Assembly (NCBI GenBank): GCA_964610395.1
Contig: CAZSXP010000003.1
Coordinates: 5,719-67,100, forward strand
Length of the DNA stretch: 61,382 nt
DNA from: an uncultured Gammaproteobacteria bacterium
Lineage (GTDB): Bacteria > Patescibacteriota > Microgenomatia > UBA8517
Reading direction: 5' to 3'
The notes below the pieces were generated by a model. The model saw only the letters and a program-made list of their open reading frames with translations, had not been told where the DNA came from and ran no database searches. A program made the translations under genes and the position numbers. Shown piece after piece: positions 1-8,342 of the stretch; position 1 is the first letter of the stretch; each line of letters begins with the position of its first letter.

Positions 1-590
1 AATAGAGGAATAGTTAATTTAAATGTTGGATAAGTAAATATTGCCAGTCCAAACAAAATTGCCATTAAAACATATCTTCGATAAAGGAATATAACAACAC
101 CGAATAGAGTTAAAAATAATGCAAAGTGGGCTTCAAATCCTGCACGAGATAAATAAATATCCCACAGCGAAACTGAAGTTAAAAATGATGCCATTAACCC
201 AACCTTTTCATTAAACATCTTCTTTCCCAAAAAATACATGAGTATTATTATTCCCATACCCGAAGTAAGAGAAAGCCCCCTTACACCCCAAACACTTGGT
301 CCAAATAGATAAACAAATGGAATACTACCGTAGACGTAGCCTGCAGGCCTACCTGCTCCCATTTTAAAGGTTAAAGGTAGAAACTGCCCTGTTTGATCCA
401 TTCCAGTTTTTAAAACACTATATGAATCGTAAACAATTGTTAATTCATCACCATATAAGGGTAGTGAATCAATTTTATATATACGGATAACAAACCCAAG
501 TATTAATATCGCAAGTAGTATATAATTTGAATATGGAATCCGTTTTAATGGGATCAATTTTCGTATTTGCTCTCTCCACCCTAATTTCAT
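1..590 (-). CDS. GT-C fold membrane glycosyltransferase, ArnT/PMT_2-like (N-terminal part only; 3' end lies beyond the window start)
   Basis: Own minus-strand translation; absent from the ORF track because no stop falls in the window. It reads MKLGWREQIRKLIPLKRIPYSNYILLAILILGFVIRIYKIDSLPLYGDELTIVYDSYSVLKTGMDQTGQFLPLTFKMGAGRPAGYVYGSIPFVYLFG... This gives TM1 followed by a DE motif in loop 1 and a KTG.D..G..LPL segment, as in ArnT/PMT-type enzymes. The start is uncertain (ATG 588-590 or TTG 555-557). Confidence 0.55.
   Translation of the reverse strand, partial: MKLGWREQIRKLIPLKRIPYSNYILLAILILGFVIRIYKIDSLPLYGDELTIVYDSYSVLKTGMDQTGQFLPLTFKMGAGRPAGYVYGSIPFVYLFGPSVWGVRGLSLTSGMGIIILMYFLGKKMFNEKVGLMASFLTSVSLWDIYLSRAGFEAHFALFLTLFGVVIFLYRRYVLMAILFGLAIFTYPTFKLTIPL
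521..526 (+). promoter_or_regulatory. Candidate -10 box (TATAAT) exactly 6 nt upstream of ATG 533; possible leaderless transcript
   Basis: Consensus TATAAT at 521-526, then TTGAAT, then ATG at 533. No Shine-Dalgarno is visible. Confidence 0.35.
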
Positions 591-2365
591 ATATCTTAAT
601 TGTACTAAATATTCCCTATTTAATCATTCCTATCTTATTTTTGTCATTAGCTGTTGGCTATAAATCTTTAATTAAAACATTTAAAAATATCAAAATAAGC
701 CTAAACAGACAGACTTTTTTAGTATTAGTAGTATTTATTATTGGTATTATTACTCAGCTTGCAATTATTTCTCCTAGTGGGATAAATCAAAATAGTGACT
801 TAGTCTTTTGGAGTGCTCATGGTCATGATGGTACATGGCATATCGCCTTAATGGAAGAAATGAAAAAAGGTTGGCCATTAGAAAATCCAATTTTTGCAGG
901 AACACCTCTTAAAAATTATCATTTCTTTTCTGATATCTTGCCTGCAATGGTAAGTAAGTATACAAACATTAGTAATTTTAATTTATATTTTAGAATATTT
1001 CCTGTTTTTTATTCACTTTTCTTGGGAGCATCAGTTTATTTTTTAACAAAGAAATTAACAAACAACTTCCACTCCGCTATCTGGGCAACCATATTTACCT
1101 ATTTTGCAGGTAGTTTTGGATATTTAATAGGAAAAGGAGAAAGTGTTTTCTGGGCTACACAGATACAAAGTTCTAGTGGTAACCCACCTCAAATAATTTC
1201 TAACTTTTTGTTTTTAGCTTCTATCTATTTTGTTTTAGTCTATTTAGAACAAAAACAAAAACGAGAAAAAATTAAATATTTCCTAATAAGTCTTATTATG
1301 CTTGGTACAATTTCAGCATTTAAAATATATGCAGGTGTTATCTTACTTCTGACTTTATCAATAGTTGGAACATGGAAACTAGTTAAAAATAAGAACTGGG
1401 ATTTATTTATATTGTCATTTGTTAGTGGAATCATGGCTTTAGCTCTATATATTCCCAACTCATCAAACAGTGGATCATTCTTAATTTATGAACCATGGTG
1501 GTATATCAGAACAATGATAGTTGAATCATCTCGTCTTAATCTACTTGACTGGGAGTTAAGACGCCAAACATATATTTATGAGCACAACTGGAAACGTGTT
1601 ATTTGGCTTGAAGGAATGGGCTTTTTAATTTTCTTCTTTGGGAACTTGGGAATGAGAGCCTTAGGTCTTTGGGAGTTTGTTAAAACAAATGCTATTTTTA
1701 AAATAGGAATTATCTTATCAATCGCTTTTCCTTTAATTTTTTTACAAAAGGGAGTTGCCAGTAATACTTCACAATTTTTGCAATATTTCATATTACTTTT
1801 TGGAATACTTTCAGGAATTGCAGTTTCAAAAATTGTTGCTAACAAAAAATTTATGTTTCTCGCACCAATTATTATTATTTTAATGATTCCAACACAAGTA
1901 AAATTGTTTGGTGAGTTCTATATATCGGAAGGACATTTAAGACAACCATTTACTAGAATAAGTTCGCAGGAATTAGAAGCACTTAAGTTTATAAAAAATA
2001 ATACAGATATTAATTCTGTTATTTTAACACCTCCATATAACCAATATCTCGACCAAAAACAAATTACTCCAAACATATGGGATTGGTTTGACACTTCATA
2101 TGTTTCAGCCCTGACGTCCCGCACTACGTACTTTGATGATTATGAACAAGTAGACATCATGGGCTATGATTATAGACCACGTCTCAAAATTAAAGAAACA
2201 ATTTTTAATAGTGAAAAAATTGAAGAGGTAAAATCTGCCATAAAATCCACCAACGCCAGCATATTATATTATCCGAAGGCAATTGCACCAAAAGTTAACA
2301 TTGATTCCCTTGGCCTAGTTAAGTTCTTTGAAAACTCAGAGATTATAATTTGGAAAATTAAATAG
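533..2365 (+). CDS. Large polytopic membrane protein, uncharacterised family (GHDGxWHIAL motif); paralog of 20438..22123
   Basis: Tracked ORF 527..2365; ATG 533 is preferred over TTG 527. It has many hydrophobic segments. It shares HGHDGTWHIAL...ENP.F.G..L.NYHF and C-terminal IMGYD motifs with the 561-aa ORF at 20438..22123. Confidence 0.8.
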   Translation: MESVLMGSIFVFALSTLISYILIVLNIPYLIIPILFLSLAVGYKSLIKTFKNIKISLNRQTFLVLVVFIIGIITQLAIISPSGINQNSDLVFWSAHGHDGTWHIALMEEMKKGWPLENPIFAGTPLKNYHFFSDILPAMVSKYTNISNFNLYFRIFPVFYSLFLGASVYFLTKKLTNNFHSAIWATIFTYFAGSFGYLIGKGESVFWATQIQSSSGNPPQIISNFLFLASIYFVLVYLEQKQKREKIKYFLISLIMLGTISAFKIYAGVILLLTLSIVGTWKLVKNKNWDLFILSFVSGIMALALYIPNSSNSGSFLIYEPWWYIRTMIVESSRLNLLDWELRRQTYIYEHNWKRVIWLEGMGFLIFFFGNLGMRALGLWEFVKTNAIFKIGIILSIAFPLIFLQKGVASNTSQFLQYFILLFGILSGIAVSKIVANKKFMFLAPIIIILMIPTQVKLFGEFYISEGHLRQPFTRISSQELEALKFIKNNTDINSVILTPPYNQYLDQKQITPNIWDWFDTSYVSALTSRTTYFDDYEQVDIMGYDYRPRLKIKETIFNSEKIEEVKSAIKSTNASILYYPKAIAPKVNIDSLGLVKFFENSEIIIWKIK

Positions 2366-2450
2366 TCCGTATTTTTGTGTTAAAATACTCCTGATATAAA
2401 AATATCAAGCTCGTTAACTTAATAATCCATATCAGACCTCGAAAGAGGAA

Positions 2451-2455
2451 AGGAG
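2451..2455 (+). promoter_or_regulatory. Shine-Dalgarno (AGGAG) for the CHAP protein gene
   Basis: GAAAGGAGAAACAAAATG; the AGGAG lies 7 nt upstream of ATG 2463. Confidence 0.6.
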
Positions 2456-2462
2456 AAACAAA

Positions 2463-4661
2463 ATGTTAAAGCAATTTGTTTGGAGAATTCTTGTTGTACT
2501 TACCCTTGTTTTAGGGTTATTTACAAATGTAGAATCTGTAAGTGCCTTGGGAACACCAGAAATTGTTTCCATCAGTCCACCTTCAGGTAGCCAAGTTGGT
2601 TCAAATGTTTGTATTCGCGCTCGTGTTGCTTGGGATGCAGACTTTAGATCCATGAGAATTCGTTTTGGCAATGAAGGTTGGAACGAAAGTGCTGAGATAG
2701 AATTTGAAAGATGTTTTGGAACAGGACATTTGGCTGCTGGTTGGTATACAATCCGTGTTGAAGTTGCTAAAGTCAATGAAGATTGGAACAGTGCAACTGC
2801 AACAGAAACGGGATATGAATTAACTGCACCGCCTCCTCCCGCAGGTCCATCACGTGGTCCAAACATTTCTGTTTTTTCATTCAGTCCAGAATCTGCAACT
2901 GTTGGTGACAATGTTAATATTCACATTCGTGTGGATAGCAGTAATCCTGGAGCTACTACCATAACCGTCGGTTGTGGAAATTTAACCAAGAATGAAACAT
3001 CAGAAGTAGAATTTGATAGTAATTGGAATACATCAAGTTGTGGTGATGGCAACAGCAATATCAGAGTTTGTTCAAGAGCAACTGATGACCCAAACTGGAG
3101 CAATGCAAGTTGTACAGACAGAAATTACTACCTTGCCCCAAAACAAGTTTCAGTTCCTGCTCCAACTGCAAATCTTTGGGTTGATTCAGATAACATAATA
3201 ACTGGATCATGTACATACTTACACTGGTCTTCATCAAATGCAAATTCTGCAGAAATAGATGGAGAAAGTGTAAACCTAAACGGTGACTTGCAAGTTTGTC
3301 CTCCTGTAACCAAGAAATATAGTTTTGTTGTTCATGGCGCAGGCGGAGATTCTTCAAGAAACCTAACAGTTGTTGTTTCTGGAAGTCCACAATCACCAAA
3401 TGTTGCAGATTACTTTTCAACCAAGGATTTGATTAATATCAATGGTAATCTCTTCGTAATTGTAAACGGTGAAAAAAGGCACATTCCAAACCCTGAAACA
3501 CTTGATGCTTTAGGGATATCAAGAGGAATGATTGATAACAAAGGGTTCTCTGCCAGTGATTTGAATAAAATTCCAACTGGACAGGATATCCCTGATGTTA
3601 GTAGAGACAAAGCAGGATTTGACGCTTTCAAAGCAAGATACTTTGCAAATCTTGCACCAATTGTACCCAATCAAAACTCGGCAACCACAGTTCCATTAAT
3701 TACAGGAGGACAGGTACAAGTAATACCCAATGGTCCACAAGGACTAGCAAGTGATGGTGAATGCCCTGCCTCTCCAACAGTTTTATCTGTTGGTGGTCAA
3801 GCAGAAATTGCAGGGCGTGATTTAAACCTAAGACCAAGACCTAATGTTGATACTGATCCTTTAACAATCATACCTAACTTTGCACAGGTTATTGTTGTTG
3901 ATGGACCCAGATGTAAACAAGAAGTCAGATGGTTCATGGTGGAATACAAAGGAGTACAAGGTTGGGCTGCAGAAGTAGGAACAGGTGGTGAATATCACAT
4001 GTATCCTGTTGTTGTAGATATACAACCAACGCCCACTGTTGTGCCACAAGTTGAAGTACCCTTAATTGATCAAGGTTTGGTATCAGAAGAAAGAATTGAA
4101 GGTACACCACTTGCACAATGTCCGATGCCACCACCCACCGAAGAACCGTCGTTATTTGAACAGTGGTTCGGAGTTCAAGCTGCGGATAATCGGTTTACAG
4201 AAGGGCAATGTACTTGGTATGTGTACGCACAACGTCCTGATGTTAAAGGATGGATACCTGATGCAGGCGCTGATGCTTATACGTGGGATGACTCTGCAAC
4301 AAATAAAGATTTAGTTGTTAATCATAACCCAGTTGCAGGCGATATAGTTGTTTTTGAAAAAAGTTGTGGAGGAGCTTATTCTGATTACGGACATGTTGCA
4401 TATGTCAAATCAGTTTTTGAAGAAAACGGAAAGCTCTACATAACAGTAGATGAAGCAAATCGAGATGGAAAAGGTACTGTTACTTTAGGTAGCAAGTATG
4501 CTGTGCGAGATGCTAATTGTATGAAATTCATACACTCACCTACAGGATCGCCTACACAAGGTGAAGATAATGAACAACCTGCTAATGACCAGCCACAAAC
4601 ACCCGATACTACGCTTTGGGATACGTTTGTAAATTGGTTAAGCAGTTTGTTTAAGAAATAA
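2463..4661 (+). CDS. Secreted multidomain cell-wall hydrolase: signal peptide, Ig-like modules, SH3b-like domain, C-terminal CHAP amidase/peptidase domain
   Basis: Signal peptide MLKQFVWRILVVLTLVLGLFTNVESVSA. SH3b-like segment GGQAEIAGRDLNLRPRP...MVEYKGVQGWAAE. CHAP signature QCTWYVY ... GDIVVF ... YGHVAYV ... VDEAN. A strong RBS lies upstream and a terminator downstream. Confidence 0.9.
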   Translation: MLKQFVWRILVVLTLVLGLFTNVESVSALGTPEIVSISPPSGSQVGSNVCIRARVAWDADFRSMRIRFGNEGWNESAEIEFERCFGTGHLAAGWYTIRVEVAKVNEDWNSATATETGYELTAPPPPAGPSRGPNISVFSFSPESATVGDNVNIHIRVDSSNPGATTITVGCGNLTKNETSEVEFDSNWNTSSCGDGNSNIRVCSRATDDPNWSNASCTDRNYYLAPKQVSVPAPTANLWVDSDNIITGSCTYLHWSSSNANSAEIDGESVNLNGDLQVCPPVTKKYSFVVHGAGGDSSRNLTVVVSGSPQSPNVADYFSTKDLININGNLFVIVNGEKRHIPNPETLDALGISRGMIDNKGFSASDLNKIPTGQDIPDVSRDKAGFDAFKARYFANLAPIVPNQNSATTVPLITGGQVQVIPNGPQGLASDGECPASPTVLSVGGQAEIAGRDLNLRPRPNVDTDPLTIIPNFAQVIVVDGPRCKQEVRWFMVEYKGVQGWAAEVGTGGEYHMYPVVVDIQPTPTVVPQVEVPLIDQGLVSEERIEGTPLAQCPMPPPTEEPSLFEQWFGVQAADNRFTEGQCTWYVYAQRPDVKGWIPDAGADAYTWDDSATNKDLVVNHNPVAGDIVVFEKSCGGAYSDYGHVAYVKSVFEENGKLYITVDEANRDGKGTVTLGSKYAVRDANCMKFIHSPTGSPTQGEDNEQPANDQPQTPDTTLWDTFVNWLSSLFKK

Positions 4662-4667
4662 GTTCTA

Positions 4668-4703
4668 CCCCCTGGGTTTTCGAAAGAAAAACAGGGGGTT
4701 TTT
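4668..4703 (+). terminator. Rho-independent terminator between convergent genes
   Basis: CCCCCTG (4668-4674) pairs with CAGGGGG (4692-4698), with additional inner TTTT/AAAA pairing. A TTTTT run follows at 4699-4703. Confidence 0.8.
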
Positions 4704-5334
4704 AGTTTAGTTTGAGGGTTGAAACTATTTTTTGAGCAATAAAACTATTAATGAAACTTTGAAATTTATTATTACTATTTATATCGATATCAACTAAATA
4801 ATAATTTTCGTTATCTTGAATCAAATATTGCAATACTAAAGCTTTTCTACGATCCCAATTTTCTTTAAGTAATACGGTTGTTTTACCTGAAACAACAAGC
4901 GATTTCATTTTTGTATATATTTTTAGTTTATTTAGATCATCAAAAAGACTCTTTCCCAAAATTGAAACATTATATTTATATTGCTCTGAACCTAGATTTT
5001 TATATATTATAAGTGATATTTCTCCATTTCTTTCTAAATTGTAATTTTTTAATTTATCGTATTCAATCAAATCTGAAATTAATAATTTTCGTCTAATATT
5101 ATCAAAATCAATTTCACTAATAAAATATTTATCAAGCTCTTCAGATTTCATTTGACTTGGGTACTTAATCGTGAATTCATCACTTTTGTATGTTTGCCAT
5201 GTAGACATCCAGATTTTGAATCCAATAGTAAAAATTAAAAATATTCCTAGAATAATACTTAGAACCCACAACAAGATCTTCATCCACTTGCCCAATTTAA
5301 ACTTTTTGATTTCCTTTTTCTTTGCCATAGTCAA
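4702..5334 (-). CDS. Membrane-anchored hypothetical protein
   Basis: 210-aa ORF with a Lys-rich N-terminus and a single TM (ILLWVLSIILGIFLIFTIGF). No recognisable domain. It is the last gene of the long minus-strand array. Confidence 0.7.
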   Translation of the reverse strand: MTMAKKKEIKKFKLGKWMKILLWVLSIILGIFLIFTIGFKIWMSTWQTYKSDEFTIKYPSQMKSEELDKYFISEIDFDNIRRKLLISDLIEYDKLKNYNLERNGEISLIIYKNLGSEQYKYNVSILGKSLFDDLNKLKIYTKMKSLVVSGKTTVLLKENWDRRKALVLQYLIQDNENYYLVDIDINSNNKFQSFINSFIAQKIVSTLKLN

Positions 5335-5364
5335 ATTTTACACTAAATAACCTCAAATTACATA

Positions 5365-5937
5365 TCAAATCTTAGATATTAGATTTAAAAATATTGTCTT
5401 AATATTTTTTAAAAGACCTTCTGGTTTGTGGAATGTGACCATTGGAATACCTCCAAGTTTTGTTTCTTCATCATATGAATATTCTAATACCTCATTTGTA
5501 GGTTTAATTAAAAACAGCTCAATTATTTCTTCTTCACCTGCAGTTGGAGATGATATCACAAAATAATACTTTTTGTTTTTTGAGTCAAGTATTGGTTCAA
5601 AAACTATTTTTACAAAATCACCGTCGCCAATATTAAAACCATTTAATACTATATTTCTTACTAAATTATTATTTTCTTCATATAATTTAAATAAAATATC
5701 CTTTTTATTTTTTAAATTAGGATTTTTAATAGTAGTTCCAATAGCCGTCAAATTATTGTCTTTAGATATAAATACCTGTTTAAAATCACGGAGTCCATAA
5801 ACTGACACTCTGCCCATATCACCATACCCTGGTTGATCTCCACCAGGTACCATCTTAATTGGTATTATCATTAAAATAGGTAATACAAAAATTAAAAATA
5901 AAATTGTAAAAATTGTAAATTTAGTAAAATTAGTCAT
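5365..5937 (-). CDS. Membrane-anchored hypothetical protein
   Basis: 190-aa ORF with an N-terminal TM (FTIFTILFLIFVLPILMIIPI). No recognisable domain. It overlaps the upstream gene's stop by 8 nt. Confidence 0.7.
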   Translation of the reverse strand: MTNFTKFTIFTILFLIFVLPILMIIPIKMVPGGDQPGYGDMGRVSVYGLRDFKQVFISKDNNLTAIGTTIKNPNLKNKKDILFKLYEENNNLVRNIVLNGFNIGDGDFVKIVFEPILDSKNKKYYFVISSPTAGEEEIIELFLIKPTNEVLEYSYDEETKLGGIPMVTFHKPEGLLKNIKTIFLNLISKI

Positions 5938-7132
5938 GTTTAATTAAATTAAAAGACAAAACAACTGAAAGTCCAGCTAATATAGAATGTAACATACTTT
6001 GAAAATTGTACGCATCGTACAATTTCTGTATAAATGTAAACGGTGTTGGAAGTAAATCATACCAAGTAGAATAAATTCTAAATAGTGATATTGTCATTGA
6101 GCGATCTGAATAAAATAAAGGTATAGAAATTGCAAAGACTGCCCAGAAAAATATAGGCCACGAAAGTTGGGGTTTTTTAATTGCTAGAATTACTAAAAAT
6201 GGAGCAATCCAAAGTAACCAAGATATATGAAAGTGAGAAAAAGAAAATATAATTAAAAGTAAAATTACAAAATAATTAAATAATTTTATTTTGTGGTCAT
6301 TTAAATAGGCGTAGACAAAAAGTGCAGAAAGTAAAAACAAACCAGCTATTATAGATTCACCAAATCCTATTTCAAAACTTGGACTAAATATTCTTGTAGA
6401 TAATCCCGAAACAAGCGCAGACTTAACAAAAGCCTCTGACCAAAAAGGAATTATTGATAAAACAAATATTGAAATTGGAATTAATGTCGTTAATATTTTA
6501 TCTTTAATCTTTTTAGATTTTAAAAACAAAAATGGAACAAAAAGTAATGGATAAAGTTTAAAAGAAATCGCAAGACCTAGAAAAACTGAGGCTGTTATTA
6601 ACTTTTCTCTTTTAATATACAAAAAGGCAATAACTGTTAACAAGACCGCATAGATATCAATATTTGAAAAAGCATAAATTAAAATAATAGTAAATGGATT
6701 AAACAACCAAAGAGTAAATGCTTTTTCGCCATCTTCTCTTTTTTTAAAATAATTTAAAAGAAGAAAGGCAATTAATATATCAGCAACCAAAAGAGGGAGT
6801 TTTAATAATATTAAGTATTTAATGATATTAGGATTATTAACAACAGAGTTTGCACCAGCATCACTTAACCAATTATTAAAATCATTACCTAAAAAGTTAG
6901 AAATAACTGCTTGATAACTACCTAAAGTTAAATAGCTAAGTGGGAAATAAACAAACTCTTCTTTTAAGGGAAGATTTACTTTATTGTCTATTAAATATGG
7001 ATAAATATTAACAATACCCTTTTTAAGAAAAGAGGTTTGAAAAGCAATAGTTTTTATATCTGGATGAAATAACAAACCAGATACCAATAATCTTAAGCTA
7101 ACAGCAATTAGTAAAAGTTTACGCGTATTCAT
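5930..7132 (-). CDS. GT-C-like polytopic membrane protein, GT87/DUF2029-like; paralog of 7119..8342
   Basis: Start moved to the internal MNTRKLLLIAVSLRL at 7132. It shares FTLWLFNPFTIILIYAFSNIDIYAVLLTVIAFLY...GLAISFKLYPLLFVPF with its neighbour's FALWMFNPVNLYATYMIGQFDIISTFLTVAALYL...GLGAGFKIFPLLFIVPL. Confidence 0.75.
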   Translation of the reverse strand: MNTRKLLLIAVSLRLLVSGLLFHPDIKTIAFQTSFLKKGIVNIYPYLIDNKVNLPLKEEFVYFPLSYLTLGSYQAVISNFLGNDFNNWLSDAGANSVVNNPNIIKYLILLKLPLLVADILIAFLLLNYFKKREDGEKAFTLWLFNPFTIILIYAFSNIDIYAVLLTVIAFLYIKREKLITASVFLGLAISFKLYPLLFVPFLFLKSKKIKDKILTTLIPISIFVLSIIPFWSEAFVKSALVSGLSTRIFSPSFEIGFGESIIAGLFLLSALFVYAYLNDHKIKLFNYFVILLLIIFSFSHFHISWLLWIAPFLVILAIKKPQLSWPIFFWAVFAISIPLFYSDRSMTISLFRIYSTWYDLLPTPFTFIQKLYDAYNFQSMLHSILAGLSVVLSFNLIKHD

Positions 7133-8342
7133 ATATATAATAAGCAGATATTCCTGTAAATATTGTCTGTAAAATACTTCTTGAAACATTGATATCAAAA
7201 TTTAATCCCAATAACTGCCAGACTGGGGAAAGATTATAAAGTGCTGGATTAACTGCCGAGAACAAGCCAATCGAAAGTCCTGAGTCAAAAAAGGTAATCA
7301 TTCCAATGTAGACAACTAAAAGTCCAACAAATAGTGGTAGGTGTTTAAATTTAGTGTAAACAAGTTCAATTACAAAAAGTGGCATTGTCCATAAAAGCCA
7401 TTGAGGGTGAAAATGAGTAAAGATGAAAAATACTAAAATCATTACAAAAAATCTTTTCCATAAGTCTTCTATATTAGTTTTTTTGTAATAAAAAACTATA
7501 TACATAAATATAACTGCTGCTAAAAATAATATAACTGACTCCCCCCCCGATATAGGAATTTGTGCATAAAAACTTTTTGTAGTTTGACCTGCAAGCATTG
7601 CAGTTCTTCTAAAGCCAGAAGACATTATAAAAGGAAAGGCTGCTATTAAATAAGTTAATCCCGCAGTTAATAATATTTTTATTCTGTCAAGCCAAGTTGT
7701 TTTGACAAAAGCTAATGGTACGATAAATAAAAGTGGAAAAATTTTAAATCCAGCACCTAACCCTAAAAGTATTGCACTTGGTAATAAATTTTTTTTCTTC
7801 ACGGCAAGATATAGTGCCGCAACTGTCAAAAAAGTTGAGATAATATCAAACTGGCCTATCATATATGTTGCATATAGATTAACTGGATTAAACATCCACA
7901 GGGCAAATGCCCATTTTTTCTCTGTTTCATTTTTGAAAAAACTCATCAACAAATAGGCAATAGCAATATCAAAGAAAAAATAAGGAAGTTTTAATAAAAG
8001 AAGTAATAAGTTAAGTTCATAATTTCCGAGTGTAGACTTAAAATCTAAAACAAAATTGTTGTGAATTACTGGATCGACAATCCAAGTAGTAAGCAATGAT
8101 GTCCCTCCTAAAAAGAAATATGGAAGTGGGGGGTAGTTAAATAAATTTCTAGGATAAACTTTTAAATAAGGACTGTCTTCAGGAAGATCCCAAAGATAAT
8201 CGTAAAAATTAGTAATATTCCCACTCTTTATTATTTTCCCTGCAAAATCAAAAGGGACAACATCTGAATGATATGTAGTAAAAGAAAGAACTAACCTTAG
8301 AAAAATTCCTAAAATTAAGATTGTTGATATTGTTTTTTGCAT
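7119..8342 (-). CDS. GT-C-like polytopic membrane protein, GT87/DUF2029-like
   Basis: 407-aa ORF and clear paralog of 5930..7132. The pattern is typical of polyprenol-phosphate-sugar-dependent transferases of the DUF2029 type. Confidence 0.8.
   Translation of the reverse strand: MQKTISTILILGIFLRLVLSFTTYHSDVVPFDFAGKIIKSGNITNFYDYLWDLPEDSPYLKVYPRNLFNYPPLPYFFLGGTSLLTTWIVDPVIHNNFVLDFKSTLGNYELNLLLLLLKLPYFFFDIAIAYLLMSFFKNETEKKWAFALWMFNPVNLYATYMIGQFDIISTFLTVAALYLAVKKKNLLPSAILLGLGAGFKIFPLLFIVPLAFVKTTWLDRIKILLTAGLTYLIAAFPFIMSSGFRRTAMLAGQTTKSFYAQIPISGGESVILFLAAVIFMYIVFYYKKTNIEDLWKRFFVMILVFFIFTHFHPQWLLWTMPLFVIELVYTKFKHLPLFVGLLVVYIGMITFFDSGLSIGLFSAVNPALYNLSPVWQLLGLNFDINVSRSILQTIFTGISAYYIYEYA

Noticed and set aside
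2432-4314. Several 60-159-aa ORFs antisense to, or in other frames of, the CHAP-protein gene (2432..2911, 2921..3103, 3061..3420, 3410..3670, 3861..4134, 4066..4314).
   Set aside because: They lie entirely within a long ORF with clear domain signatures. Their translations are low-complexity or unrecognisable. They arise because this gene is less AT-rich, so it has fewer stop codons in alternative frames.
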